Of a stretch of DNA of 64,000 nt, positions 27,845 through 40,009 are shown piece by piece. The stretch lies in NCBI GenBank assembly GCA_002633005.1, contig NMRA01000260.1, forward strand, positions 137,821-201,820. Direction: 5' to 3'. How positions within the stretch are numbered: position 1 is the first letter of the stretch; each line of letters begins with the position of its first letter. The notes below the pieces were generated by a model. The model was not told the origin of the DNA. It did no database searches and was given only the letters and a program-made list of their open reading frames with translations. This stretch comes from Phoronis australis (taxonomy: Eukaryota > Animalia > Phoronida). The translations under genes and the position numbers were made by a program.

Positions 27845-28189
27845 CAACTAGTGGGCAGGCGCTCTAAGCTCGTCAGCATTGTTTTTCTGTCGTTGGCGCG
27901 TCAAAGTCGTTGGCGACGTTGGGTACGATATTTTCATCAATTATGTCCCCGGCATTGACACTGTTGTCAGCTCATATGTATTGTCGTGTTGAAAAAACGA
28001 TTTACAAATACAATCGGCCATTCGAACCTACACGAGATATTAAAATTGTTATTTCACTTGTCATTTCGTTAAAATTCTTAAAAGAATGACAATATCATGA
28101 AAAAACACTGGCAATGGTTAAAGTAATATTATTCATAAACCATAATTGTAAAAATTAAAGTAAGTGCATGATAATACTTTTCCTAAAAA

Positions 28190-28251
28190 TAATGATAATA
28201 ACGATAATCATTATGATGGTGGTGGTGGTGGTGGTGGTGGTGGTGATGATA
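28190..28251. repeat. (GGT)n microsatellite with AAT/GAT flanks
   Basis: gatggtggtggtggtggtggtggtggtggtgatgat preceded by aataatgataataacgataat. Confidence 0.85.
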
Positions 28252-30039
28252 ACAGTGTTCTCAGAATCGTGTGTCAGTTGAAGTGGACAAGAGACTACTG
28301 GAACATCAAACAAAGACTGGTTGATCCTTAACATAAACCAGGATCGTCACCTAAAACAAACAAAACGGTTGCCTAAATTAAACTGTTCAATTATTGTCTT
28401 AGTTAATACATTGTATGTACGTGACGTGCTTTTTGACAATAAGTTGTATCTGAGCTTGCGTAAGAATAGCATTTTCGATGGAAATAAAGGCGTCCAAAAT
28501 TTGGCCTTCCACCAAAAACACTAAAGCATAACCAGTCATCGATGTCCAATTACTAGAACTTGCTCAAAAGAACTTAGGCAGAATTGATAACTCGATACTG
28601 CTTGAGAATAAGATAGTCATTGCATGCCATTCAAGGAGCGGAGCACTGTCTCAATCAATTACGAACTTTGAGTTCTTTCCAAACCCCAGAGACCACTTCT
28701 CACCTGAGAGACCAGTCTTTTAGCGGTACTAAAAGTTGTCAAAATCAAACGTTAGTTTCTTCGACGGAACATGAGATAATAGCACCATCAACAGAATCAC
28801 ACAGCATGCTAAGCAAGCTTGTCTTCTCTCAGTGTTAAAGACTGTCGTATTTATGTATCTTACTGTTGGCTTTGTCGTAAGCGTGGTGCTTCCAATAATT
28901 TTGCCGATTCTTAAATGATAAAGAAGTCCTTTTAGTCGCGATCATATAGTACCAATGGCTCCGTCTATGTCATTAGTATTTTTACTATTATTACCACCAC
29001 ACCTCTAATCTTCAAGGCAAGAGATGATGTTTATGTCTTTTTATACGTGTAGCATACTCAAAATAATATCTTCGAGTTTTCAGGAAATTTGGGATTGGAC
29101 CGGTGCCGGCGTCGTCGCTGCATTCTTCGTCGTCCTCATACTTTATTCACTTCTTATTTTATGTCGAGCAATCCCGCGAGAGTAACCAAAACTCACGTTC
29201 TACGGAATGCTATGTCACGCAATGATTTGTTTTGTTTACCCAAAATTTTGATTTGTCAAGGGGTACGTGTTCTGAATCCAAATCCAAAACACAAACTCTA
29301 TTCAAAGTTAATCGCTTCTACGGACACATTCATTGTCACGAAATATTTTGACAGTCGATGTTTTATTCAAGCAGTGTAACTCAAAACTACTTTCTTCACC
29401 GGTATTAATCAAGAAAATTTTCCCATTGCTTCAGGTATATTACTTATTCTGTTGTTAACTTTAATTTGATGATATCCAGTTCGACTTTTCCCACCCTCAG
29501 TAAAACAATTTCTTACTTTCGTTATCACCTAAGACAACAATTGTTAAACCGGCTTCGTGCCGCTATAAATGTATCCTACGCGTGAATTGATTGTTAAACA
29601 CCCAGCGGTATTTAAATGATTCGATGTTGTTTTTTATCTACTTTTTGCACCCCGTAAACCCGCCCCTTTTCAGTGTGCAACATGAATTGTTATCGTCTAC
29701 ACAATATGCCATGATTATTAAGGGTGCACTTTTATGCTGTTTTGTATTACGACGAGCTATGGTTAGATAATGCACCTGTAATGTTCAATGAGTTGTGTAC
29801 ACCGCCACATAACGTGCTAATTCGAGGTACAGGAGCTGGACAAACCCTGATGCAACAAGCTTAACTGCACCTCTTGGCGAAACCAAGAATCAACTCGGGT
29901 GGAAGCCCGCGGGTCGCGGAAGTGGCAGCTGAGTCCTCCACTCGTATCGCTACGGAAAGGCTAAAATTCTTCGTTTGGTTCACAGAAGTGAGGTGCAATG
30001 GTTATTCGACTCCCGCGACAGCAGAAACTTTTGCCTTAG

Positions 30040-30260
30040 GGGCGGTAAATCAAGTTCTTTCACTGTTCGTTTGCAAATGGATGTCTCTTTTGTAATTGCC
30101 TGTCAATTTGATGCATATTGCTATCAATAGGCAGGCAATTGACAAACAATTGACAAATTGACGTTCATTCAAATTGATCAAATATAGGTTTCCTGCGCTT
30201 GTGGTGATCACGATAAATGATGATATAGGTGTCAATTTGATTACAAAAACACAAACAGAC
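30040..30260. promoter_or_regulatory. Candidate distal enhancer (clustered TGACA/TCAATT sites)
   Basis: TGTCAATTTGAT twice (30101-30112, 30230-30241), CAATTGACA twice (30136, 30147), CAAATTGAC, TCAAATTGATCA, Sox-like AACAAT and octamer-like motifs, in otherwise non-repetitive sequence. Confidence 0.45.
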
Positions 30261-31977
30261 GACATCGTGGGATCACGTTTGGGCTTCGTCGATACAGTTT
30301 GAACAGCTATTATTTAAAATGACTTATTTTTATCAAAATGACATAGGTAAAAAATTGAATTTCAGACCTCAAAAACGACGGGACCCGCCGGAAGTTGGGC
30401 TCCTATCTTAATATAATTTGTGGGTGAGGTACATATAAAAGCTAAGTTTAAGTTTGAAAGGATACCGTTAAAAGCTAGTTTGATATTATATTTGAGAGGT
30501 GACGTTTAAATAGCTTAAGGATACAAACTACAAGGAAGATTTAGTTTTGAGAGGTGAGGTACCCAAGAATCCAAGTTTGGGGTTTCAGTTGTGAGGTACC
30601 CACAAAAAGAGATTTCGGTTTAGAAATATCTAGGCATTACTGTAACTGATAAATTTGTTTTCACACCTCATTGTCCAGACGAGTTTATGCATTTTTTACC
30701 ACCGACACTCTGAATAATAATGGCGGATCCGTTCTGTTTAGTGTCACCAAATGCAAACGTGCAAATGGCATCGTTGCCACACTGAGCGTTTGTTGTTGCA
30801 TATGCAGAAAGTGGACGTTTACAGTATGAGGTAATTCGCATTTCGTCCTTTAACACGATTCTATTCAATGTGATAACATCTGTGAGACATAACTTACATT
30901 TCATGACATTTTATTGAGCTCTGATAGCGATACATGAAAATACGGTCATGTTTAGAGATGAAGACACCTGTTAAGAAAACATGTGAAAGTTGATCCACTT
31001 GGGCTATGTAAAACTGTCACTTTACTAAACGTGTCGATGGGAGGTCACAAAACAACTAATCGTCTCTGAGTTATCAAAAACCCTCATAAATCGCTCAAGT
31101 GGTTTGGCCCGGGGCGTATCTTTTGTAGTCTAACAAAAACTCCACACGTGTTTGAAAACGGTCAAGAAATGTCACTAGTAAAAACTGTTTGGATTTTTTA
31201 ACATTCGGTTACGGATCAGATTGTACATGGAATGTCCGGGTGTTCAACAAGCTTTCGTGAACCTATGGAGATTGTACGTCGGTATCAAGTTTTATGGGTA
31301 AATTTACGGAAATGCAAAGTAAAACTAATAAGTAGTAGCAGTAATGCGCTTAATGACGTATGAAATAGCGTGATGACTCAGCCGTGAGATCACACCTGTA
31401 TATGACGCATCACTGTCACCTGCAATTGTTAATTTCCAGATCAGTTTGTTGGCTAAGTGCCTGAACAGCGGAATTTCAATGTACGGGACTCCAAAATAAT
31501 GTCATTAATTTTTCGAAAGGAAGATATCTTAACCTTCCAATTAAGTCATTGTTGCACATACTGGGTGCAGTTTAAAAACTGGCAAAAATATGTTCATTTC
31601 AGTCAGTGACCTATGAGTTCAACTATTGCTCTTGAGATCAAACTTAAAGCGTAATAATGGCATTAATTCAGAAAGCTTTGGAAAAAAGCTTCAAAACATC
31701 CCCTGCAGGGTCCTTTTCGGAAAATTTTGCCTGCCTAGGACATGTGGAGAATGTGGGTAAGGTACGAATACTTCTCCATTTTTGGTCTTTAAAACATCGT
31801 TAAATTGGTCAGTTGTCAACAGGCTTCCGCTGTAGTAATCAAGTTGCCGACAAACTGAAACCTTCCTCTTGCAATACATTTTTAAATCCCGTGGTTATGG
31901 GAAGCTATTCAAGTTTTCGAAAGAGGACAATTTCCTATGGAAGAAATGACTCTTCTTAGACAGTATCACAAACACTT

Positions 31978-32575
31978 TTAAGTCTGTTCTACGCGCCACC
32001 TGTTAGTCACATCACGTGACCTAATGAGCATAATTCTGAAACGATTTCTACAACAACTGGGACCCGAACCCAGCCTTTCTGCTTGCCGTATAGAAACTCG
32101 AGTCCACTGAGCCAACGGGACCACTGGTCGAACTCAAAAATTCAATCAGTCTTGGTATTAGGCATGCTGCCCATAAACTCGTGAGTGTGCATGAATATGT
32201 AAATCTTGAACTGGAAATATAGATCGCAAACATGTTTAAGTCTAGTCTACACGCCACCTTTTGGTTACATCACGTGACCAAATGAACATAAGTCTGAAGA
32301 TTTACATATTCATATACACTCACGAGTTTATAGACGGGATGCCCAATGCTAAGAATGATTGCATTTGTGTTTTCGATCAGTGGTCGTGGCTCATTGGAGT
32401 AGAGTGTCTGCACGGTAAGCAGAACCTCCCGGGTTCCAATCGTGGTCGAGGCAGAAATCTTTTCAGACTTATGTTCATTAGGTCACGTGACGCGACCAAC
32501 AGGTGGCGTGCAGGCGAGAGTTAAAAATCTTGGCGATCTGTATTTCCACGCCGGTTCAAGATTTACATATTCATA
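31978..32575. repeat. Inverted arrangement of a ~260-bp tRNA-derived (SINE/satellite-like) unit
   Basis: Minus-oriented arm 31978-32298 (period 258: CGCCACC block at ~31991 and ~32249) and plus-oriented arm 32299-32575 (period 261: GATTTACATATTCAT at 32299 and 32560). Each arm contains a tRNA-like head. Confidence 0.8.
32380..32453 (+). pseudogene. tRNA-derived head (pseudo-tRNA / SINE head); second diverged copy on the minus strand at ~32050-32125
   Basis: A-box TGGCTCATTGG (32387-32397), stem-loop TCTGC-ACGGTAA-GCAGA (32407-32423) and B-box-like GGTTCCAATC (32432-32441). The acceptor stem does not pair and U33 is absent, so it is not a functional tRNA. Confidence 0.65.
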
Positions 32576-35004
32576 TTTTTGGTCAGTACTTAATAAAATG
32601 GTAGTCTTGCAAAAAATTTGTGAACAGGTAAAAGTTTATCCCAAAACAATGCTAATTAGCAGTATCAGTTTGACTTAGTGTGTGCAGGCCTTCAATCTGA
32701 AAGATCCAGCGCTCTGTAATCATAGAACTCATTGTTGCAATATAAGGGCAGGTTTCTAAAGCTAAGAATAGAAATGAAGCCGATAGACGCTCGGACAAAT
32801 GATAGTCTACTCAATACTTTCTCGGCGCCAAGAATTTGGAAATAAGGACTTCTGCAACTGTAGTTCCGTTCTATGCATGGAAAGCACAAACAGAGAAAAT
32901 GGCCACTTTTCATATTGCTGCGAATATACCCTTTCGTTAAGCCATATTTGAATTCTTTGATTAACCGGAATAACAAAATCCGCGCCTTTAGATGCACGCG
33001 CATGCACAACGAGGCTACAGAAACGAGAGAAGAGGACGACGGTTGAGAGGTTCTTAAAACCTGTTGAACACGGTTATTTCCGAAGCCAAGAGACGTGGTG
33101 CACCTTACGATAACATGTGTTACCGATTAGACACTTAGAACCAATTTAAGACGACTGAGACCACTTCTACTGCTGAAGCGTCCCCTCCTCACCGTATCCC
33201 CCCTCCACAGTGGAGTTTTCAATCATCACAGCATCAATAAATTTGGTCTCTGAATAAATGTCCGTCCCAACAGACTTTGTCTCAACGTTTGTTGAAATGG
33301 TCCAAAGACATTGAGGAGCAACGAAGTGTTATGGAAACTTGCCTGATAAATTTACCCATGCACCATATAAAGTCGCTTTTGAAACAACGTACTACACCTG
33401 GGTAGAGTTTCATAGGCGTAAGAATCTCGCTAAAGAGAGTAGTGTTTTCACATGTTTCGCTTGACGATATCTCACGATGTCTTGCGTGTTCTTGTGTTTT
33501 CACAAAATTCTTGCCTCTAGGAAAGCATTACTGTTTCAGACATTGCTGAAAAAGAGAGGGTACTTTTTACGTTCCAAAGCACCCACGATCTCATTCTGGT
33601 CAACGGGATACACACTCGTCCCGTCTGAGAAAGCTAGCTTTTCGCTCCAGGAACCGATCTCCACAACCATTGTGCATTGGTGAAGCGTAGCCTTGGACTC
33701 TTGCACTAATCTTTTATTGTTGTTTTTTATTATTGTTCACGCTGTTAGTATTTGTTGTTATTCTTAAAGATGTCTCAAGTTGTTCACGCATTTTAATGTT
33801 GTTTAAGAAATAAAATGTCCACACTTGTCTTGTAAATACTGTTTTTAAGTTTGTTTTGCGAACCAGGACGATAAGTCAAAAGGAGAATCTGATGATGTTT
33901 TCACATGGATTCGCATGTTCCTTTTACATCGAGGCCTACATGTAAACAGGTGTTATGATTTCCAATACGTGTAAACGGCGGAGATATAACATTAGCATTT
34001 TGCTTGAAATAAGTATGAGTTAATCTAAAAAGCTCATTAATGCAACCAATTCATGAAGTAATCGGTTTATTAGTCGCATAACTCAAAAGCTTGTTTACAA
34101 CCAAAAGATTTAATTTTATTTAAAGCTGTCATGAATTTCATTCATTGTATTATGAAGCGCTGTTCGTTCTGATGAAGCCACACGTTGCATTTGACAAACA
34201 GTTAAGTATGTTAACGAAATTACCAGTTTCAGAGGCGTACAGAATGTAATAGCATTGTCTGCGGTTGAATTTAAAGATTTTACTTCAAATCACTTTGGCA
34301 TCATTGCTTGTATCTCCGCTGGGAAGTTGTGTGCTTACAGTGCTTAAAACCACCATTTACCCTGTTTTGACAACTGACTACATTCTCAGCCTCATCAAAC
34401 CTTTAGAGCACTGCATATCACAATCATGAATTCAATACCCCAAAAAACGAGAAGGTAAAAGAAAATCTTCTACAATTGAAAGGTGTTTGGCTCCACTGAC
34501 ATGAGTGTGACGTATGAAGGTATCCGGCGCTACTGTGTCATGTCCACCAACACGGGAGTTTCTTGCACAAACGTGTGCTATATCCGCGCTTCCCCGATGT
34601 CCCGCAGGAAAGTGAATAGAACCACAACAGTAATCAAATACTATAAGTTGGCACCACCACAAACGCAACGCTTCGCCATTCCTTATTACACCATACACTA
34701 CAGGAAATGAACAGCAAATCTGGCGACTTTTCACACGAAAGACAACATTACGAGTGCTGTGATCGGTTGTCTCAAGTTCATGTAGTGCGTATCCACCAAT
34801 AAATGCTCGTAACTAGAAATCAACTAATATAGGGCCGTCCCGGCTTACACTCGAATCTCACTGTATTAACCCACAATGTCGTAAACATTCGACAGGAACA
34901 TTTCCTGCCTCGTTTTCGTTCCAGTGGATTTTTACTTGATATTTTTTGTTGTCTGATTCTTTGACAAGTTTTTTTTCGGTTGCATTACTGTATTCGCCTT
35001 TCCA

Positions 35005-35140
35005 ATGCCAACGACGTATTACTGGTGTGCTGTGAGCTTCAACTCCGACGTGAAAAGGTTTGATAATCTGGACAAATACCCGTGGATGCGTGATCTGAAA
35101 TTCTTCGCCTTCCCGACATTAATGAGAGACACGAAAATGT
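35005..35140 (+). pseudogene. Decayed THAP-domain-like N-terminus, probably from a DNA transposon
   Basis: MPTTYYWCAVSFNSD...KYPWMRDLKFFAFPT resembles the THAP pattern MP-x-CxxxC(N/S)...FFxFP, but the second Cys, the Trp and the CxxHF motif are missing. Pattern recognition only. Confidence 0.45.
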
Positions 35141-35502
35141 GCCTGATTTACAAAACTAGGTCATGCGCTTTCTTATCTCCGGGACAAAGGAGAGTTCTAT
35201 CGCTGTGTAATCCGGGACGGCCCTATATATTAACATATCGTCAGAGAGTGATTGCTGGCGTTCTAGTTTTACAGTTGATTGACTTGTGAAGTTGGTGTTT
35301 TTTGATATGCAATTGATCGGATTCTAATCACGCGCTGTCCTTATTACAAGTTACCCTAGAATATGTTACTTCTAGAACGAGTAGTAGCTAGCAGTAGCGT
35401 GGACGCTATTGCATGCCCTGGGACAATTTGACACACGTGTGACAACTTACCTCCACTTTATCGAGGTAGGGTAACTTGTCCTAAGAAAGCTTAGGTACCT
35501 TG

Positions 35503-35850
35503 ACTATCATCATCATATCCTTTGTCATCACCATTATCATCCCCGTTACCACCATCATCGTCAGCACCACCGCCAACGCCATCATCATAATCACCGACAA
35601 TATTAGCATTACTGATGTTATTGTCACCATAGCTGTTGACAAGATCATTTTCATCTCCGTCGCTATCGTAGTTCTCGTTTCGGCACCTAATAAACTTAAG
35701 ATCCCACTTGCCTGCACTGAACTCCACTTTGGAATCCCCTTTTCGCATAAACATAAACGAAACTCCAGTGTCACGTTTAGTGCACGACGATATAATAATC
35801 ATAATGACAGGAATAACAATAGTAATAATATTATTGATGATGTTGATGAT
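35503..35850. repeat. Two degenerate trinucleotide tracts (ATC/ACC at 35503-35670; AAT/GAT at ~35781-35850)
   Basis: catcatcat/caccatcat and aataat/gatgat runs account for the Ile-, Met- and Asp-rich ORFs on both strands. Confidence 0.75.
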
Positions 35851-37255
35851 GCGTCTTCTATGTGTTTTAAAACAACTATTTTGTTTTCCATTCATCGTAG
35901 CCGGGAGCACAATACCAGAGTCCAGATCAATGACTGTTTTCATGGCGAGGAAATCTACCCGAAATCAAGTGCTCTCTTTGAGAATACACGGCGATATCTC
36001 GGGGAATCTCGCGAGATCTTGCTTTTCAAGCTAGACAGTAGCGTTACTAAGCTCTTCCCAGTTCGTTTTATATAAAGGTATAGCATTGCGCAGGGCATTA
36101 ATTTCCCGTTGATTTTCATTCAATTATAGGTAATACTACTCGTATGAGAAACGTGGATTTAGGGAGGGGCATAGGGGGCCCTACCCCCCCCCCCCCCCTT
36201 AGCGGCCGATAAAGAACAAAACCGCAAAAGCGTGATGAAATATTGAGTTTATGAATTAACTGTGACAATTAACACTATACGGCCGAAACCAGATTTGTAG
36301 AGTTTTAGTTTGTGTGTGGGTGTGGGGGCTCAGACCCGATTTCAAGTGTCCGATTCAGACAACCGGCGCAATCATAACGGTAACCATATATGGTTAAGTA
36401 ATGCGCCGTTCCCAGTCGATATGGGTGTAATATCCCAAGCGACCGATACACTCTTTCTACAATGCTACGAAAGGTAACACTACAGAATGAAATTGACGTC
36501 ATAGCAATCAGTCTTTCCCATTGGTTGAAATCTGGGAAACTCCTTTCAGTTCACTGCTACGTAGCATGGCGACCACATTTGACTTGAATAGCTGCTATTC
36601 ATTAAAACGGGCAGTGGTCGAAGTAAATAAAGTCAAGGAAGCCTCGATCCAATGGCTTAATCCCAAACAAGTACAGTGCATAAAGTGGAAGTAGTTGCGA
36701 TGTGATCGTTACATTTCTGACCAAGGCATGCGCATTGTTGTCCACGCACGGAATATTCCGTGTGTGTCCGTGTGTGTCGTTCATCGTTTCCGCATTGCCA
36801 CTTTTCAGTATAGGTGGCGCTGTGTAGGCCGGTAGGCGACCGGTAGTGGTGTTGCGCACTACCACTCTGTTTTCGTCGATTGTTCCACAGTGCAATGAAG
36901 AAAATTTCTTCATTTTTTCACAGAAACGGATTCCGAACCTGAGAGACGATGAAGAAACAGAAGCTGTTGGTGAGATGTAAACTTTAATCAAAGCCTCACT
37001 GAATCACTCAGAAACTCGTAATTCTCTTTTGTCAAACATTAAAATTATGACGATTTGCAAAGCCAAATGCCAACACGAAAAATGAATTTGGTATTTTGGG
37101 CAACTTAAGACTGTTTTAAAAACAACAACTTTTGCTACAAACTAGTTACACAAAATATAAAGCGTGTAATAAACATTACGGAAAGAAGCAGATTCGCACG
37201 CGAACGCTGTTGCCCACAAACGAGTATGTCCTTTAACATGAAGTTTCTAGTGGAA

Positions 37256-37298
37256 GCGTGGTAGTGCAGTGGAAGAGCACGCGTCGTGAGTTCAAGTC
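37256..37298 (+). pseudogene. Fragmentary tRNA/SINE head
   Basis: A-box-like TAGTGCAGTGG (37262-37272) and B-box-like GAGTTCAAGTC (37288-37298), with the anticodon arm deleted. Confidence 0.35.
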
Positions 37299-39701
37299 GT
37301 TGCAACTTTACGTATTTTCCATTTTTAAATCACAAGAGACAATATTGTGGCTAAACTGTTTAAATGCTTTAAAACAAGAATTGCTTATTTGTTTATTTAA
37401 AAAATCTTCTTTCTGAATGACCGATAAACGATGTTAATACACACAGTGATATCCTATATGAGTATGCGTCATGGCCACATAAATTGTGTGCCTATTTCTG
37501 TATCTGTTCGCCATCTTTAAAAAATTACTTAAAGCAGGTGAAAATCTAGAATCAAGGGCGTTTTAGTGGCAACTTGACGAGTTGAAAATTTGCCGTGCGG
37601 CGACTCCAAAAGACGATCTGGATCGCTAGATTTTGCCTCGCTAATCGCAAATAGCTACCCGACAAAAGTAGAGCCGTCGAGGGCTGATTATAGTCAGAAA
37701 TCAAGGAAAATGCTAGTTTTGATAAACAAAAACAAAATGATTTTCCCCAGGCGGAATTCCCCCCCCCCCCCCCCCCCCCCCTCCNCCCATTCGGCGCTAC
37801 GCGCTTCTACATTCGCACTGTTGATTGTCTACGAGACAATAAGTTGGCCCCCTTATATCCTAGATCACTGCTACAAGGCATGCGAAGTTGCAAAGAACGA
37901 CAAGTGTTACTTTGTATATTGGAGCAACCAAATAGAAATAACTACTATAATGACTTGAGAGAATAACAATGATAACAGCGAAGTTACACTGTACTAAGTC
38001 GGTTATTGTTTAGTCGAAATCAACACAACGCCAACCTTACAAATTCAACTAATTTACCGAGCCACTTAAGTTTTGAATCCAACACTGCCGTTGGACTATA
38101 ATGGTAATAAAAATATCAATAGAAATGTACGACAATTCATGTATGGACATCAAATTTGACTTCGAGACACTTATCATGGTTAGTGAATAGGGCGTAACTT
38201 CAAAGCCCGAAGGTGGATTAGAGGTGATAGTGTATAGTGAAAGGTGTTTGAATAAAACACGTCTCAAGGCGTTATGATAGTCCATAACACGTTTCCGTAT
38301 TCTAAAAACTGTTGACAGAAGTAAGTAAGCGTCATCTCGACAAATTTATTAAAGAGGCATTATAAAAATAAGTAAGATTTTCATTGGCGATAACAAAGGG
38401 TAGACAAGCTGTATTAATTCCATCGTACGAAGTCGAAATTCCTAAAGAGCGCCGGACGTATTGATATTGCCAAGAGGCAGAAGATATCCAGTCTGCATGC
38501 CACAAATTCAAATCTTTATTTTCTTTCCTTTTTGCATAAAATCCTACTACACATTTCGTGGAAGCTTGTGAAACGACCAACATTTTGAAATTCGTGACTG
38601 GTGATTTTAGGTTAATAATGTACTCGCCCCGTCGTTCTTATTGTTCATTTAGAAAACGGTCAGTCGAAAAAAGTGAAATAAATGGGAGAGCCTAAAACAT
38701 CATTTCCTAACGATTTCACTTGTTTCATATTACCAAAACAAGGCCCATTATAACCCCAAACGGTCTTGTGGCATCCGCAGGTACTCCCATAGAAAAGGCA
38801 AAGAGGACGTGCCGCTCGGAGGGATGACTTTTCTTCAACAAATCTCCAAGAAAGATGTCTTTTCAGCTTTGATTCCCTAGCAGCAGTAGTTTTATAAGCT
38901 ATCAAATAGTAAACGCTTATTTTTAAAAATACAGTTTTGATGGATCAGCAAAGTTTCACAGATTGAAAGAACACAACATGTTTTTGGACAATTAACATAC
39001 AAGGAAACGACAACAGCGCTTCAGCGACTTGCAGTAAGTACATACGTGATAGAGCTAACATACGTTTAGAAAATGGACCTGTCCTAGGTTCGCCACATGT
39101 ATTTCACACTGAGCTGATGAAGACATATCATCACAAGGTTGTCACTAAACAAAGCGGTTCACTTCGGAGTTCCAAACGCTACAAAATTTTTGGTTGTCCA
39201 ACTACAAAAATTTGCATTGTAGTCTATAGTATTCGTTATAGTTTTAAAACTTTGGTAACAAAAGATTTCTTAATATCGACAGCAGGCCATCTTCTGATGT
39301 ACTGTTTCAGATTGAATGGGTTGAAAATTAATATGCCCAAGAATATACGAAAGGATTGCCACCGAAATGGTTGGCGTCTCTGTAACACGTCGCTAAACTT
39401 TTTCATGGAAGATCCCTGCAAATGGGTTCCTTTTCTGGGTCAATTCTGTAAATGGTTGCATGTCCTAATATTCCAGATTCACCGCCCGTCAGAAGTACAG
39501 ACCCGGAACTTCTGTCTATTACGAGGCTTAAACAGGCCGGTATAGAATCCCGTCACACATAATACCACAAAGACACATTGGTTGGCTATTTCTGAGACTG
39601 GGTGCATTTTGCCATCGGCCTCAGGTCTAGAAAATCTTTCGGTGTGCGTATGTCTTATGTATGAGACTGGTCTTGTTAATGGAATAAGTTGTGTGGATTG
39701 G

Positions 39702-39946
39702 TGTACGATGTACAGTGTACCGTGTACCGAGTACAGTGTACCGTGTACAGTGTACAGTGTACGATGTACAGTGTACAGTGTACCGTGTACCGAGTACAGT
39801 GTACCGTGTACAGTGTACGATGTACAGTGTACAGTGTACCGTGTACAGTGTATAGTGTACCGTGTACCGAGTACAGTGTACAGTGTACCGTGTACCGAGT
39901 ACAGTGTACAGTGTACCGTGTACAGTGTACAGTGTACAGTGTACAT
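39702..39946. repeat. Heptanucleotide satellite (TGTACAG/TGTACCG)x35
   Basis: Exactly 35 in-register 7-bp units (TGTACAG, TGTACCG, TGTACGA, AGTACAG, one TGTATAG, terminal TGTACAT). It explains the four overlapping repetitive ORFs in the track. Confidence 0.97.
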
Positions 39947-40003
39947 GCAAATCTAATGTTGGGCTATTTGTTTCCTGCAATAACTTAAGTGGTAACTTTC
40001 TCT

Positions 40004-40009
40004 TTTATT
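40004..40009 (-). terminator. Candidate Dbx polyadenylation signal (AATAAA); alternative at 40206-40211
   Basis: AATAAA on the minus strand ~700 nt after the stop codon, at the end of an AT-rich 3'UTR-like stretch. No transcript evidence. Confidence 0.4.

Noticed and set aside
32380-32453. Functional tRNA-Thr(GGT) gene
   Set aside because: The acceptor stem is unpaired, the anticodon loop lacks U33, the B-box is mutated and it sits in a repeated unit.
36007-36016. Perfect TCTCGCGAGA palindrome (BANP/CGCG promoter element) implying a hidden promoter
   Set aside because: No adjacent gene or CpG-island-like context; it lies among repeat fragments, and a single 10-mer is insufficient.
35481-36075. 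Longest ORF in the track (191 aa) and its antisense partners
   Set aside because: Driven by degenerate ATC/GAT trinucleotide tracts; no domain or credible splice structure.
39479-39988. Four overlapping 99-155 aa Cys/Tyr/Val/His-rich ORFs
   Set aside because: By-product of the nearly stop-free heptamer satellite read in several frames.
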